A stretch of DNA of 64,000 nt, taken from contig OY969811.1 of the NCBI GenBank assembly GCA_963703315.1, positions 1,664,001 to 1,728,000 on the forward strand, in the 5' to 3' direction. A program made the translations under genes and the position numbers. Origin of the DNA: an uncultured cyanobacterium. GTDB lineage: Bacteria; Cyanobacteriota; Cyanobacteriia; Pseudanabaenales; Pseudanabaenaceae. Below the pieces are notes generated by a model, which saw only the letters and a program-made list of their open reading frames with translations, was not told the origin of the DNA and made no database searches. Positions 31,791 through 42,671 of this stretch are shown here, piece after piece. Position 1 is the first letter of the stretch; each line of letters opens with the position of its first letter.

Positions 31791-34700
31791 CTAATCGTCA
31801 TCCTCATCAAAATTGATGTCACTGCGATAAGCCGACTCATAGGTTGGACGATTTGGGGTACGGCGTGAGCCAGTATCAACCATCAAGTCCACCTCTGTAT
31901 CTTGGTTGCTACCATCTTCAGATAGTTTGTGAACTGACACATCCAAACAGAGTGACTGAAGTTCGCGCACCAGTACCTTAAATGACTCAGGTGTTCCGGG
32001 ACGAGGAATTGCATGACCCTTAACGATCGCATTGAGAGCTTCGTTACGACCTGTCATATCATCAGACTTAACCGTGAGCAATTCTTGAAGAATATAGGCA
32101 GCACCGAAAGCTTCCAGCGCCCATACTTCCATTTCTCCAAAACGCTGACCACCCTGTTGGGCTTTACCACCAAGAGGCTGCTGCGTAACTAGTGAGTAAG
32201 GACCAGTGGAACGAGCATGGATCTTGTCATCGACAAGGTGGACTAGTTTCAGCATATATGCCTTGCCAACGGTCACAGGTTGATCGAATGGCTCACCAGT
32301 ACGTCCATCATAGACAGTTAACTTACCAGGAGAATCTTCATTGAAGATCCAATCTCTGCCAGTACGTCTTTTTGCTTCTTCTAGCTGACCATGAACAAGT
32401 TCACGGGATGCTTCTTCACCATACATTTCATCGAATGGCACGATTTTGAAGCGTGAGTTGAGGTTCTCCCCAGCCCAGCCCAGCAAGCATTCAAAAACTT
32501 GACCAACGTTCATCCGTGAAGGTACACCCAGAGGGTTCAACACAATGTCAAGGGGAGTACCGTCGGGCAAGAACGGCATATCTTCCTTCGGTAAAATTCG
32601 AGAAATAATTCCCTTATTACCGTGACGACCTGCCATCTTGTCACCAACTTGGATCTTGCGTTTTTGGGCGACATAAACACGGACGACCATGTTGGCCCCA
32701 GGGGGTAACTCATCGCCTTGTTCGCGAGTAAATACGCGCACATCGACAACACGACCCTTTTCGCCGTTAGGTACGCGCAAAGAGTTATCTCTTACATCAC
32801 GCGCCTTCTCACCAAAGATTGCTCTGAGAAGTTTTTCTTCAGGAGGCTGATCGGATTCCCCCTTAGGTGTGACCTTACCAACGAGAATTTCTCCAGAACT
32901 GACCCAAGCACCAATGCGGATAATGCCCTGTTCATCAAGGTTACGGAGCGAATCTTCACCAACGTTTGGAATTTCGCGGGTGATTTCTTCAGGTCCTAGC
33001 TTGGTTTGTCTTGCTTCGATTTCATACTTCTCAACGTGAATCGAAGTATAAACATCATCAATTACTAGACGCTCATTGATTAAAATTGCGTCTTCGTAGT
33101 TGTAGCCTTCCCAAGGCATATAGGCAACCAGAATATTCTGACCGAGGGCAATTTCACCGCCTTCCGTTGCCGAGCCATCGGCTAGCACTTGACCCGCCAC
33201 AACCGTATCGCCAACCCAAACTAGAGGACGCTGATTTAAGCAGGTATCTTGGTTCGATCGCTGATATTTTTGCAGACGGTAGATGCTTTCTAGTCCCGTA
33301 TCATCAGCTTTAACGCGAATTTCATCGGCAGAGACATAGGAGACTTCACCTGTAACACGGGAAACAATCACCATCCCTGAGTCACGGGCAGCCTGTGCTT
33401 CCAGACCAGTACCAACGAGGGGACGTTCAGGACGCAAAAGTGGAACCGCTTGACGTTGCATATTCGATCCCATCAGGGCTCGGTTAGCGTCATCATGCTC
33501 AAGGAATGGAATCAGCGATGTTGCCACCGAGATAATCTGTACGGGTGAAACCGCTACATAGTCGATTTCTTCAGGGGAAGCTGTACCCCATTCTTGACGA
33601 TAGCGAATCGGCACAATTTCGTTAAAAATGTAACCTTCATCATTAGTCGCTACGTCACCAGGGGCAACGCGGAATTCATCTTCCTCGTCTGCTGTCATAT
33701 AGACTGGCTCTTGATTCTTCAGTACCTTGCCATTTTCAACGGCATAGTAAGGAGTCTCAATGAAGCCGTACTGGTTAACACGGGCGTGGGTTGCCAAGGA
33801 ACCGATCAGACCTGCGTTAGGACCTTCAGGCGTTTCGATCGGGCAGATGCGACCATAGTGGCTAGGGTGAATATCCCGCACCGCAAAGCCTGCGCGTTCA
33901 CGGGTGAGACCACCAGGACCAAGGGCGCTAAGACGGCGCTTGTGGGTAAGTTCAGCGAGAGGATTGGTTTGATCCATGAACTGAGACAGTTGGCTAGAAC
34001 CAAAGAATTCCTTGATCGCGGCTACCAAAGGTTTAGGGTTGACCAATGATGCAGGCGTAAGGGCATCGACATCAGAAACAGTCATCCGTTCCCGAATGAT
34101 TCTTTCGAGACGGTTTAAGCCGACCCGAACTTGGTTTTGCAGTAGCTCGCCGACGGAACGAACGCGGCGATTACCTAAGTGGTCAATGTCGTCAATTTCA
34201 CCAATATCGAACTTGAGGTTAATCAAGTAGTTAATGGCGGTGAGAATATCTTTTTCAGTTAATACTCTGGTGCTATCAGGAGTATTCAAACGCAATTTCT
34301 TGTTGAGCTTGTAACGTCCGACTTTGCCGAGGTCATAACGTTTGGGGTCAAAGAAGCGCGATCGCAACAGTTCACGACCACCAGACTCTGTTGGTGGCTC
34401 ACCGGGGCGCAACTTGCGATAAAGCTCTTTGAGGGCTTCGTCTTCGTCAAACTGCCCTTCTTTGTCAATGGTCTTTTGGAAGTACTCACGGTGAGTCAGC
34501 GCGTCCAAAATCTCGGCATCACTTAAGCCGATCGCTTTGAGTAATACCTGTGCCGAAAGTTTACGGGTTTTGTCAATGCGTACCCAGACAAGATCATTTT
34601 TATCTGTCTCAAACTTAAGCCATGCGCCTCGGTTAGGAATTAGGCTGGCGTTGTAGGTACGGCGACCATTCTTGTCAATTTCTTGCTTGTAATAAACCCC

Positions 34701-35093
34701 AGGACTACGGACGATCTGATTGACGATGACTCGCTCAGCGCCGTTAATAATAAAGGTTCCACGATCTGTCATCAGGGGCAGATCGCCAATAAAAACTTCT
34801 TGCTCTTTTATTTCTCCTGTTTCTTTATTAATAAGCCTCGTGGGAACGTACATCTGTACGGCATAGGTGGCATCCCGACGTTTGGACTCATCAACACTAT
34901 ATTTTGGACGCTTGAGTTTATAATCTTTGGCAATAAAATGGAGTTCCATTTTGCCCGTATAATCTGTAATCGGTGAGAAACTCTCAAGCTCTTCAATAAG
35001 TCCTTCTTCTAGGAACCATCGAAAACTCTCCCGCTGGATTTCTACAAGATCTGGTAGAACGAAGGCAGGAGTAACAAGAGTAGGCTTATTCAT
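31791..35093 (-). CDS. rpoB: RNA polymerase beta subunit
   Basis: [53 protein letters not shown]. Confidence 0.99.
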   Translation of the reverse strand: MNKPTLVTPAFVLPDLVEIQRESFRWFLEEGLIEELESFSPITDYTGKMELHFIAKDYKLKRPKYSVDESKRRDATYAVQMYVPTRLINKETGEIKEQEVFIGDLPLMTDRGTFIINGAERVIVNQIVRSPGVYYKQEIDKNGRRTYNASLIPNRGAWLKFETDKNDLVWVRIDKTRKLSAQVLLKAIGLSDAEILDALTHREYFQKTIDKEGQFDEDEALKELYRKLRPGEPPTESGGRELLRSRFFDPKRYDLGKVGRYKLNKKLRLNTPDSTRVLTEKDILTAINYLINLKFDIGEIDDIDHLGNRRVRSVGELLQNQVRVGLNRLERIIRERMTVSDVDALTPASLVNPKPLVAAIKEFFGSSQLSQFMDQTNPLAELTHKRRLSALGPGGLTRERAGFAVRDIHPSHYGRICPIETPEGPNAGLIGSLATHARVNQYGFIETPYYAVENGKVLKNQEPVYMTADEEDEFRVAPGDVATNDEGYIFNEIVPIRYRQEWGTASPEEIDYVAVSPVQIISVATSLIPFLEHDDANRALMGSNMQRQAVPLLRPERPLVGTGLEAQAARDSGMVIVSRVTGEVSYVSADEIRVKADDTGLESIYRLQKYQRSNQDTCLNQRPLVWVGDTVVAGQVLADGSATEGGEIALGQNILVAYMPWEGYNYEDAILINERLVIDDVYTSIHVEKYEIEARQTKLGPEEITREIPNVGEDSLRNLDEQGIIRIGAWVSSGEILVGKVTPKGESDQPPEEKLLRAIFGEKARDVRDNSLRVPNGEKGRVVDVRVFTREQGDELPPGANMVVRVYVAQKRKIQVGDKMAGRHGNKGIISRILPKEDMPFLPDGTPLDIVLNPLGVPSRMNVGQVFECLLGWAGENLNSRFKIVPFDEMYGEEASRELVHGQLEEAKRRTGRDWIFNEDSPGKLTVYDGRTGEPFDQPVTVGKAYMLKLVHLVDDKIHARSTGPYSLVTQQPLGGKAQQGGQRFGEMEVWALEAFGAAYILQELLTVKSDDMTGRNEALNAIVKGHAIPRPGTPESFKVLVRELQSLCLDVSVHKLSEDGSNQDTEVDLMVDTGSRRTPNRPTYESAYRSDINFDEDDD

Positions 35094-35274
35094 GCACTAA
35101 TGACTGCAGTTTTAGTGGGCGGAGTATATGTCTAGGTTTTACTCAAGACATAAGCACACCATCATAAAGTGGTTATGATCCAATTGTCAAGCAATAATAA
35201 TGTTTGTCACGCAAATTACAGCACTTTGCGCTGAATAAAAACCCTGATAAATTTTTAAAAGCCGAAATAAATAA

Positions 35275-35317
35275 TACGGAATTGTTTCCCCGCCGAAGGC
35301 GGGGAAACAATTCCGTA
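35275..35317. repeat. Palindromic repeat with GAA loop
   Basis: TACGGAATTGTTTCCCCGCC-GAA-GGCGGGGAAACAATTCCGTA; related copy near 44798-44833. Confidence 0.8.
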
Positions 35318-35337
35318 CTTCACTAGACTGTGAAACG

Positions 35338-35892
35338 CTATAAATGGGCAGAGGGGATTGATTTGACTAGTTTTAGTACTGAGTTTCTGAGGTTGTGTAG
35401 TGTTTGTTGATCCTCTTCTTCAGATGGATAGGAGTCATCAGGTGATGCCTCTTTAATTTCTTGTTTTTGGGTAGATGCCTTTTGATCGAGGCGATCGCAC
35501 AAAGCATCTAAATGAGTAACTAAGTTCACAGGTAAATGTGGTACAACCAAGTCCAGATTTGGATGATTGGGCAAATCTTCACAGGGACAGCAAACGGGTG
35601 CGCGTGGTCCCACGTCGATGGTAGGTACAAGTAGATTACAACGAGCGCAAGCAATTATTTCCCATTGATTGCTCAGTAGATCACTGATGGTCTGATCTGT
35701 ACCAGTCAAATATGCTTCTTGAGCTTTGGCTTCACTAATTTCATTCCAGAGTTTATTAAATAAAGGCGAATATTTTTCACCTTGGAGGATCTTATGAATA
35801 TAAACTGGCTTACTTTGGGCAGCAATGCTAACTGTTTTGCCCATCTGCATCCATTGAGCGAGATAGTTTTTGACTAAGGTTCGTGATGCCAT
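35338..35892 (-). CDS. Conserved cyanobacterial hypothetical protein with Cys cluster
   Basis: YLAQWMQMGK...YLTGTDQTISDLL...CARC...CCPC. Confidence 0.75.
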   Translation of the reverse strand: MASRTLVKNYLAQWMQMGKTVSIAAQSKPVYIHKILQGEKYSPLFNKLWNEISEAKAQEAYLTGTDQTISDLLSNQWEIIACARCNLLVPTIDVGPRAPVCCPCEDLPNHPNLDLVVPHLPVNLVTHLDALCDRLDQKASTQKQEIKEASPDDSYPSEEEDQQTLHNLRNSVLKLVKSIPSAHL

Positions 35893-36149
35893 AAATTGAG
35901 AACCTTTTGAATAATAATCAACATGATTTTGGGATGTAGGTAATCCAGCAGATTGCTAGCCAGCTCAACTACTAAATTTTGTAAAAAGCATTGTCCATCA
36001 ATATTTTTAGCAAAAATTTTAGTTTTACTACATCACAAAGCAGCGCAAATACCCCTGTCATAGTTAATATAGTCTGAGAGCTTCATAAATAATCTGAATA
36101 AATCTTTATATTTTGTCAATCACCTATCTTGTCCATCGGTTATTAAGCT

Positions 36150-36926
36150 ATGCTCGATACTTTCTCAGACCCTGCATCCCAAGCCCTGAATTCTATGGGT
36201 GAACCATCGGTACGAATTCGTGATTTAAATTTTCATTATGGTGAAGGGGATTTATTTAAGCAGGTTCTATTTGATATCAATTTAGACATTTATCCTGGGC
36301 AAATTGTAATCCTTACAGGACCATCAGGTTCAGGGAAAACTACGCTTTTGACTTTAATCGGGGCTTTACGGACGATTCAAGATGGTAGTTTGCGAGTTTT
36401 GGGACAAGAACTTAGAGGTTTACATCCAAAAAAGCTAGTGCAGATTCGGAAGAATATTGGTTTTATTTTCCAAGCGCATAATCTTTTTCATTCGTTGACT
36501 GCTAGACAAAATGTAATGATGTCAACGGATCTCTATCCCCATGATTTCCATGATTTTGCTCCTGCAAGTCGAGCGGCGGAGATTCTGGGACAGCTTGGTT
36601 TAGCAGAAAGAGTGGACTATAAACCCCATGCTCTATCAGGTGGACAAAAACAACGGGTAGCGATCGCCCGTGCATTAGTCAATCATCCCAAATTAATTCT
36701 CGCCGATGAGCCAACGGCGGCGTTGGACAAAAAATCAGGGCGCGATGTGGTGACGTTGATGCAAAAAATGGCAAAGGAGGAAAATATTACGATTTTGATG
36801 GTCACCCATGATAATCGCATCCTCGATGTTGCCGATCGCATTATCAACTTAGTAGACGGTAATCTCGAATCAGATAATGTCGTGAATACAGATGTAACTA
36901 ATGATGCACGTACATTTATGTTGTAA
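36150..36926 (+). CDS. DevA-family ABC exporter ATP-binding protein
   Basis: GPSGSGKTT, LSGGQKQRVAIARAL, LADEPTAALD, VTHD. Confidence 0.9.
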   Translation: MLDTFSDPASQALNSMGEPSVRIRDLNFHYGEGDLFKQVLFDINLDIYPGQIVILTGPSGSGKTTLLTLIGALRTIQDGSLRVLGQELRGLHPKKLVQIRKNIGFIFQAHNLFHSLTARQNVMMSTDLYPHDFHDFAPASRAAEILGQLGLAERVDYKPHALSGGQKQRVAIARALVNHPKLILADEPTAALDKKSGRDVVTLMQKMAKEENITILMVTHDNRILDVADRIINLVDGNLESDNVVNTDVTNDARTFML

Positions 36927-36938
36927 AGAAGCTAATAG

Positions 36939-36999
36939 TAATGTCAAGCAAAAAGAAAAAGGGACGCAAAGCGTCCCTTTTTCTTTTTGCTTGACATTA
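36939..36999. terminator. Palindrome with 29-bp arms and AAA loop
   Basis: TAATGTCAAGCAAAAAGAAAAAGGGACGC-AAA-perfect complement. Confidence 0.8.
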
Positions 37000-37084
37000 T
37001 CCTCTCAAAACGAGAGGATAATGTCATCAGGTAAAACACGAAGGGTATACACATGAATATGAAAATTAATACTAGGAATAAAAT

Positions 37085-37262
37085 ATGCGAATTTATTCTA
37101 AGAAAACCCTTGATGAATTTGGAAGAACTCATGCCGATGTAGCTACTGCCTTAAATAGCTGGCATCAAGTTGCAAAATCTGCATCATGTTATCTATATCA
37201 AATATGTTCTAACTCACGCTGAGTATGACTCAGGTAGGTGGAAAAATGACCCTTACTATTAA
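37085..37262 (+). pseudogene. higB: HigB-family toxin with internal deletion and frameshift
   Basis: N-terminus MRIYSKKTLDEFGRTHADVATALNSWHQVAKSAS joined out of frame at about 37188 to C-terminus VIYIKYVLTHAEYDSGRWKNDPYY*. Confidence 0.8.
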
Positions 37263-37644
37263 TCGAAAAGCTTATGGTGATTTGCTAGCCGAGATTCAGC
37301 CTCATGTAATTACTAATGATGCTGAAAATGAAATTGCATTGCAAAACATGGAAAGATTGTTAGCACTTCCTCAGCCAACTGCTGAAGAAGAGAGGATTTT
37401 GCAATTGCTGCTGACATTGATTGAAAAATATGAAAATGAACATTATCCAATGGATGATGCTTCACCGCTTGATGTTCTCTTACATTTAATGGAAGCAAAT
37501 AATTTAAAACAAGCTGATCTAGTTAATGTGATTGGCTCAAGTGGCGTTGTGTCTGAAGTGGTCAATGGCAAGCGTCAAATCAGCAAAAAACAAGCACAAT
37601 CGCTTGGAAAATTCTTTCATGTTGATCCTAAATTGTTTTTGTAG
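37246..37644 (+). CDS. higA: HigA-family antitoxin (HTH)
   Basis: LLLTLIEKYENEHYP, LMEANNLKQADLVNVIGSSGVVSEVVNGKRQIS; overlaps the higB end. Confidence 0.88.
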   Translation: MTLTINRKAYGDLLAEIQPHVITNDAENEIALQNMERLLALPQPTAEEERILQLLLTLIEKYENEHYPMDDASPLDVLLHLMEANNLKQADLVNVIGSSGVVSEVVNGKRQISKKQAQSLGKFFHVDPKLFL

Positions 37645-38236
37645 TCACGAAATCTAGAAGAACGCCGAGAATCTTGCCAATGTCAGTGATGTAGTAATCA
37701 GTTAAATCAATCGCTACTGTTTGCTCGATAATTTTCAAAAACTTCCAGATTTCCCCAGTGGTAACAATGCCGTAAATGGTATCAATATCATTATTTTCTA
37801 GCTCATTAAATAATTGAGCCGCCACCATCTCAGCAATACATTGCCCTAATCCTGATTTGATATCTTCATTTTTGGCTTCGACAATAGCAACAACTGGGGT
37901 GCTAATCCTCAGTTGTTGCTTGGACAAACTAATTAAATAATCGCAATAGCCTGTTAACCCTTGTTCAGGACTGACGCTAAATTCTGTGCCAGAAAATAGG
38001 CTGATCGGAACTGGCGATCGCCTTCTTAGCTCCAGCAATATCGGCGCAATCAGAAACTCTGATCGCGCTTTTTCAGTGTTAATCGCAAGAGCAAGGGGAA
38101 TGTTTTCGGCTAATAGTTTTTTGATTTCGTCACTAGGGGCGATCGCTTCAACATCGGCAAACAGATCAATTTGTTCTTCAATTTGTAAATGAAAATCCTT
38201 TTCGACTTGTCTTAGAGTGAAGTTGCTATATGCCAT
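37628..38236 (-). CDS. Cyanobacterial PD-(D/E)XK restriction-endonuclease-like hypothetical protein
   Basis: EKARSEFLIAPIL...GYCDY...IVEAK...GLGQCIAEM...YGIVTTGEIWKFL. Confidence 0.75.
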   Translation of the reverse strand: MAYSNFTLRQVEKDFHLQIEEQIDLFADVEAIAPSDEIKKLLAENIPLALAINTEKARSEFLIAPILLELRRRSPVPISLFSGTEFSVSPEQGLTGYCDYLISLSKQQLRISTPVVAIVEAKNEDIKSGLGQCIAEMVAAQLFNELENNDIDTIYGIVTTGEIWKFLKIIEQTVAIDLTDYYITDIGKILGVLLDFVTTKTI

Positions 38237-38256
38237 AGAATTCTCATGTTGAGTAC

Positions 38257-38514
38257 TTATTTATCGAGGCGGACAACGTACCATTGCCATGTACCGCGAT
38301 CGCCACAATCTAGATCACAGGCAGTTTTAATTAAACGCTGGACTTGTTCAGGAATGGTTTTCAGATTTTGTAAATCACGGGGCAATGCGTCTTGAATATC
38401 GACAAGCAAATCATGCAAAATCTGTTCTAATTCTGGCTGATTAACAAACTGTTCTTGCATATCAGGAGGCAGCACCACGTAAGTGTCTTCGTAGTACATC
38501 ATGCTGCTTGGCAT
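38257..38514 (-). CDS. crr7: Chlororespiratory reduction protein 7 (NDH-1 assembly)
   Basis: DTYVVL...EQF...LPRDL...LIKTACDLDCG...QWYVVRL. Confidence 0.8.
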   Translation of the reverse strand: MPSSMMYYEDTYVVLPPDMQEQFVNQPELEQILHDLLVDIQDALPRDLQNLKTIPEQVQRLIKTACDLDCGDRGTWQWYVVRLDK

Positions 38515-38599
38515 ATAGTCTCTCAGTTAGTGAATTTTTTTTATTTAAAGAGCGTAAAAGTGGCACTATACGCCGCCTATACTCGGTTAAAATTTTAGC

Positions 38600-39208
38600 A
38601 TGACGAATGAATTGCCTTTTGAACAACCCTTAGAGTCAATTGAGCTAGAGCCTGAAGAATCTTTGGAGCTTGAAGATCCAGTACAACCATTGGCTTTACC
38701 AATTGATTTGTATGAACAGCCTGAATTACCGATCGCCAATTCCCTTAAGCAAAAAGTGGAAGCAGTTTTATATTTGAAAGGGCAACCGATGAATTTGGCA
38801 GCGATCGCGGCGGCTTTGGGTTGCGAAATTGAGGATGCGGAAATGGGGCTAATCGACTTAATCTCTGAGTATGCCCATCGCGATAGTGCCTTAGAAATTG
38901 TGGAAACTGATGTGGGTTTTTCTTTGCGCTTGCGGTCAGAATTTGAGGATTTAGTACATAAACTGATTCCTGTAGATATCGGTAGAGGCGCTTTACGAAC
39001 TTTGGCAGCGATCGCCCTCAAAAAAAATATTGTGCAGTCAGAGCTAATCGAATTACGTGGCGCTGGAGCCTATCAACACGTACAGGATTTAGTCGAGCAG
39101 GGATTTGTGAAAAAGAAGCGCCAAGCCGAGGGGCGATCGTCCGTATTACAGGTAACAGCAAAATTTCATCAGTATTTTGAAATCGACGATTTAACAAAGT
39201 TAATCTAA
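38600..39208 (+). CDS. scpB: SMC-Scp complex subunit ScpB
   Basis: VEAVLY, ALRTLAAIA, ELIELRG, GRS...T.KF..YF. Confidence 0.9.
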   Translation: MTNELPFEQPLESIELEPEESLELEDPVQPLALPIDLYEQPELPIANSLKQKVEAVLYLKGQPMNLAAIAAALGCEIEDAEMGLIDLISEYAHRDSALEIVETDVGFSLRLRSEFEDLVHKLIPVDIGRGALRTLAAIALKKNIVQSELIELRGAGAYQHVQDLVEQGFVKKKRQAEGRSSVLQVTAKFHQYFEIDDLTKLI

Positions 39209-39338
39209 AACATAAATAGCAGCGCAAAGCGCCGCTATTTATGTTTTAGGTTTAATGGTTAAGAACTGCTTAACACTGGTACGATCTAAGTATGGGGCTT
39301 TCTCTTCTACCCAACCTAATGTATTGCGTATAACTGCT

Positions 39339-40862
39339 ATGTTGCCAGACTATTCTGACCATTCTGTTTTTGCTGATGAGATGCCTGACAATTTTTTAAA
39401 TCCTAGCAATCTTCATGATCTCGCTAGGGACAACGATCCCGATATGGATAAACCACAAGAAGCTTGTGGTGTTTTTGGAGTATTAGCGGCAGAAGGGGAT
39501 GTTGCGAAGCTCGTGTATTTTGGACTGTATGCCTTACAGCATCGTGGACAGGAGTCCGCAGGGATTACTGTGTATGATGATCACGGTACAACCCATACCT
39601 ACAAAGCGATGGGTTTAGTTGCTCAAGTCTTTAATGAGCAGATTTTATCGGAAATGAAGGGGGCTTTAGCGATCGGGCATAACCGTTATTCGACTACAGG
39701 TTCGAGTAAGGTTTGTAATGCTCAGCCGATTGTGGTGAAAACCAGATTAGGAGATTTTTCATTAGCCCATAACGGTAACTTGGTGAATGCCACTGAGTTA
39801 CGGGCTGAACTTTCTGCTCAAGGTCATGCCCTCGAATCAACTACGGATTCGGAAGGAATTGCTTTTGCCGTTAGTGAGGCAGTCGAAGAGGGCAAAGATT
39901 GGCAAGAGGCGATCGTTACTGCGTTGCAACGTTGTCATGGTGCTTTTAGTTTAATCATGGCGATACCTAATGCGATTATAGGGGCGAGAGATGCCTATGG
40001 CGTAAGACCATTGGTAATTGGCAAGACCCCAGATGGTTCCTATGTTTTATCTTCGGAAACTTGTGGTTTAGACATCATTGGTGCGGAATATGTACGCGAG
40101 GTGCAACCAGGAGAACTAGTAATTATTACTATGGAAAATGGGATGCAATCTCTGCAATGGGAAGAGCCTAAGCCAAAACTTTGTGTGTTCGAGATGATTT
40201 ATTTTGCACGACCCGATAGTGTCATGCATGATGAAAGCCTTTATACCTATCGAATGCGGATCGGGCGTGAACTAGCTAAAGAAAGTTTCGTGGATGCTGA
40301 TATTGTGATTGGCGTGCCTGATTCAGGCATTCCTGCGGCGATCGGCTTTTCCCGTGAGTCAGGAATTCCTTACGCTGAAGGGTTGATCAAAAACCGCTAT
40401 GTGGGACGTACTTTCATCCAACCAACCCAAGCGATGCGCGAGTCTGGCATTCGGATGAAGCTGAACACACTCAAGGATGTTTTACGAGGAAAACGTGTAA
40501 TTGTGATCGATGATTCGATCGTAAGGGGAACTACCAGTCGTAAAATAGTAAGAGCATTGCGTGAAGCTGGTGCAACTGAAGTACATATGCGTATTTCTTC
40601 ACCACCTGTGACTCACCCTTGTTTTTATGGTATTGATACGGACTCGCAAGATCATTTGATTGCTTCGCATAACTCTGTTGAGGCGATCGCCAAGCAGATT
40701 GAGGTGGATACGCTGGCGTATCTCAGTCACGATGCAATGTTAAAGGCGACAGAGATTGATACCACGCATTTTTGCACGGCTTGTTTTACAGGAAAATATC
40801 CGATTGAAGTTCCTGATAAGCTCAAGCGCACCAAACTTATGCTAGAAAATACGGCAACATGA
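39339..40862 (+). CDS. purF: Amidophosphoribosyltransferase
   Basis: EACGVFG, LQHRGQESAGI, GHNRYST, VIDDSIVRGTTS, CFYGID. Confidence 0.97.
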   Translation: MLPDYSDHSVFADEMPDNFLNPSNLHDLARDNDPDMDKPQEACGVFGVLAAEGDVAKLVYFGLYALQHRGQESAGITVYDDHGTTHTYKAMGLVAQVFNEQILSEMKGALAIGHNRYSTTGSSKVCNAQPIVVKTRLGDFSLAHNGNLVNATELRAELSAQGHALESTTDSEGIAFAVSEAVEEGKDWQEAIVTALQRCHGAFSLIMAIPNAIIGARDAYGVRPLVIGKTPDGSYVLSSETCGLDIIGAEYVREVQPGELVIITMENGMQSLQWEEPKPKLCVFEMIYFARPDSVMHDESLYTYRMRIGRELAKESFVDADIVIGVPDSGIPAAIGFSRESGIPYAEGLIKNRYVGRTFIQPTQAMRESGIRMKLNTLKDVLRGKRVIVIDDSIVRGTTSRKIVRALREAGATEVHMRISSPPVTHPCFYGIDTDSQDHLIASHNSVEAIAKQIEVDTLAYLSHDAMLKATEIDTTHFCTACFTGKYPIEVPDKLKRTKLMLENTAT

Positions 40863-41320
40863 CCAAGATCCTCTTTCATCTCGCATTTCCAGTCAAAGAT
40901 ATTCCAAGCACCAAAGCTTTTTATATTGATGGGTTGGGTTGTCTGGCAGGACGCGAGTCAAATGACTCGCTGATCATGAGTTTGTACGGTCACCAGTTGG
41001 TAGCCCATGTTGTTCACGAATCACTCGACTCTCAACGTGGGATTTATCCACGACATTTCGGCTTAGTTTTCTATTCTGAAAGTAACTGGATGGCTCTATT
41101 AGAGAAAGTCCATGATAAGCATCTGAAGTTTTATCAAAAGCCGAAAGTTCGCTTTGTGGATACACCTTTAGAACATCGAACTTTTTTCTTGGCTGATCAT
41201 TCAGGCAATATTCTGGAGTTCAAGCATTACAAGTTTGAAACGGCAATTTTTGGTGAAACTAATTTCCATGAAGTCGGTGATGCAGATCTTGCTCAACAGA
41301 TTCCTGTAGTTACACATTAA
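40859..41320 (+). CDS. VOC/glyoxalase-family protein
   Basis: FHLAFPV...FY...LGC..GR, PRHFG, GNILEFK. Confidence 0.85.
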   Translation: MTKILFHLAFPVKDIPSTKAFYIDGLGCLAGRESNDSLIMSLYGHQLVAHVVHESLDSQRGIYPRHFGLVFYSESNWMALLEKVHDKHLKFYQKPKVRFVDTPLEHRTFFLADHSGNILEFKHYKFETAIFGETNFHEVGDADLAQQIPVVTH

Positions 41321-41331
41321 AATTTGAAGAA

Positions 41332-41517
41332 CTACAAACAAAAAGAGATGGCGCTAGCGCCATCTCTTTTTGTTTGAGGGTTAATCCCTTCTTTTAGTTT
41401 TTTACGAAGCATTTGCAATTGTTTTTTCTTTTGGCGTTGACGAGCAGAGCCGCCTTTACCTTTATCATTTCTCCCTTCTTTGCGTGGAGATTCCCATCGC
41501 TTTAGTCTTTGGCTCAT
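41332..41517 (-). CDS. Small basic hypothetical protein
   Basis: GRNDKGKGGSARQRQKKKQ core resembles a conserved cyanobacterial small protein; AGGTAA RBS-like site; 3' end runs through a palindrome. Confidence 0.55.
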   Translation of the reverse strand: MSQRLKRWESPRKEGRNDKGKGGSARQRQKKKQLQMLRKKLKEGINPQTKRDGASAISFCL

Positions 41518-41735
41518 ATTGATTACCTAAAGTTATAATTTTCAGAAGTTAATTAGTTTAGAGTGATGGCACAAAGTGTCGCCACTTTAAACTAACTAGA
41601 TTTGGTGTGATGGCTTGATTGGGGTTTAGTCAAATACTATCCCAGCGTTAATATACTTGAGGCAACTTAGATATTGCTATCACTCTTCAGAATGAAAATA
41701 GAATGAGAGCATATTTTCCATGCAGTCTTAACTAT

Positions 41736-42086
41736 TTAGGCTAATTTTTGTTTAATCTCTTCAGGGTTTCTAAAGCCGATCGCGATCGCTTTACCATCTT
41801 TGACAAATAAAGGACGTTTTAGCAACATCGAATCTTTGGCATAGGCTTCAATCCATTGGATATGTGACCATGTTTCTTTTTCAGTGCCAAGCGATCGATA
41901 GGATTGACCTGATGTATTTCGCATGGCTCTTTCCCCCAATGTATTTACCCATTCAGCGATCATAGTTCTAGCAGGTGGATAGTCTTTAGTGTTGATAAAT
42001 TCGTATGCAACGCCTTGATTGTCTAACCACGCGATCACTTTTTTACAAGTTCCACAATTAGGGATGCCATAGACTTGAATAGACAT
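41736..42086 (-). CDS. Spx/MgsR/ArsC-family protein
   Basis: YGIPNCGTCKK, NTSGQSYR, LLKRP. Confidence 0.88.
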   Translation of the reverse strand: MSIQVYGIPNCGTCKKVIAWLDNQGVAYEFINTKDYPPARTMIAEWVNTLGERAMRNTSGQSYRSLGTEKETWSHIQWIEAYAKDSMLLKRPLFVKDGKAIAIGFRNPEEIKQKLA

Positions 42087-42249
42087 AGATTTACTCGGTT
42101 ATAGATTTCATCAGATTATGGCTAGTTACTTTATATCTGCAACTCTACAACAATACTACGGACAAAATTAAGCAGCAATAAATCTGTAAGAGCAAAGCAT
42201 AGAAAAATTAAGACAATATTTAATCACAGAATGGTCTAAGTCTAACAGG

Positions 42250-42358
42250 TATAGCTGTAGTCAGTTATGTTAGGACAAAACCAAAACCCAAAAGAGAGTG
42301 GCGGCGCTTCGCGCCGCCACTCTCTTTTGGGTTTTATATCTTAACTTGCTTGGCTATA
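42250..42358. mobile_element. TATAGC...GCTATA MITE-like element with central AGAGTGGCGGCGC hairpin
   Basis: Near-identical right half at 53885-53967; related left half at 56658-56743. Confidence 0.7.
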
Positions 42359-42418
42359 GGTGGATTTTTGATATGCAATCTCAGAAGAAAATAATACTGT
42401 TGTATCCCAGTCGATTAG

Positions 42419-42474
42419 ATTTACGCAAGCCAGTTAAATTCGTAAGCTTACGAATTTAACTGGCTTGCGTAAAT
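42419..42474. repeat. Perfect 56-bp loopless palindrome
   Basis: ATTTACGCAAGCCAGTTAAATTCGTAAG followed by its exact reverse complement. Confidence 0.9.
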
Positions 42475-42598
42475 ATCCATTATCGTAAACATACTATGCT
42501 ACAAGCTTATCAATTTTAATTTCGTAAGCATCACCTGTTGGGTTCGAGTCCTAGCTTATTAAGCTTATTAGTATCCTGATGAGTAAGTTTGTTTCATT

Positions 42599-42641
42599 CA
42601 TACAGAGAGTGGCGGTGCTTTGCACCGCCACTCTCTGTATG
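42599..42641. repeat. AGAGTGGCGG-core palindrome
   Basis: CATACAGAGAGTGGCGGTGC-TTT-GCACCGCCACTCTCTGTATG. Confidence 0.8.
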
Positions 42642-42671
42642 TTTTTTGTTTGGCTTCGGCATTAAAAGAAT

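Noticed and set aside
42538..42554. tRNA T-arm-like GGTTCGAGTCC as a tRNA remnant or att site
   Set aside because: No D, anticodon or acceptor arms; it is on the opposite strand to tRNA-Leu and differs in sequence, so it is not a direct repeat
42576..42600. CTGATGAG hammerhead ribozyme core
   Set aside because: No stem II followed by GAAA
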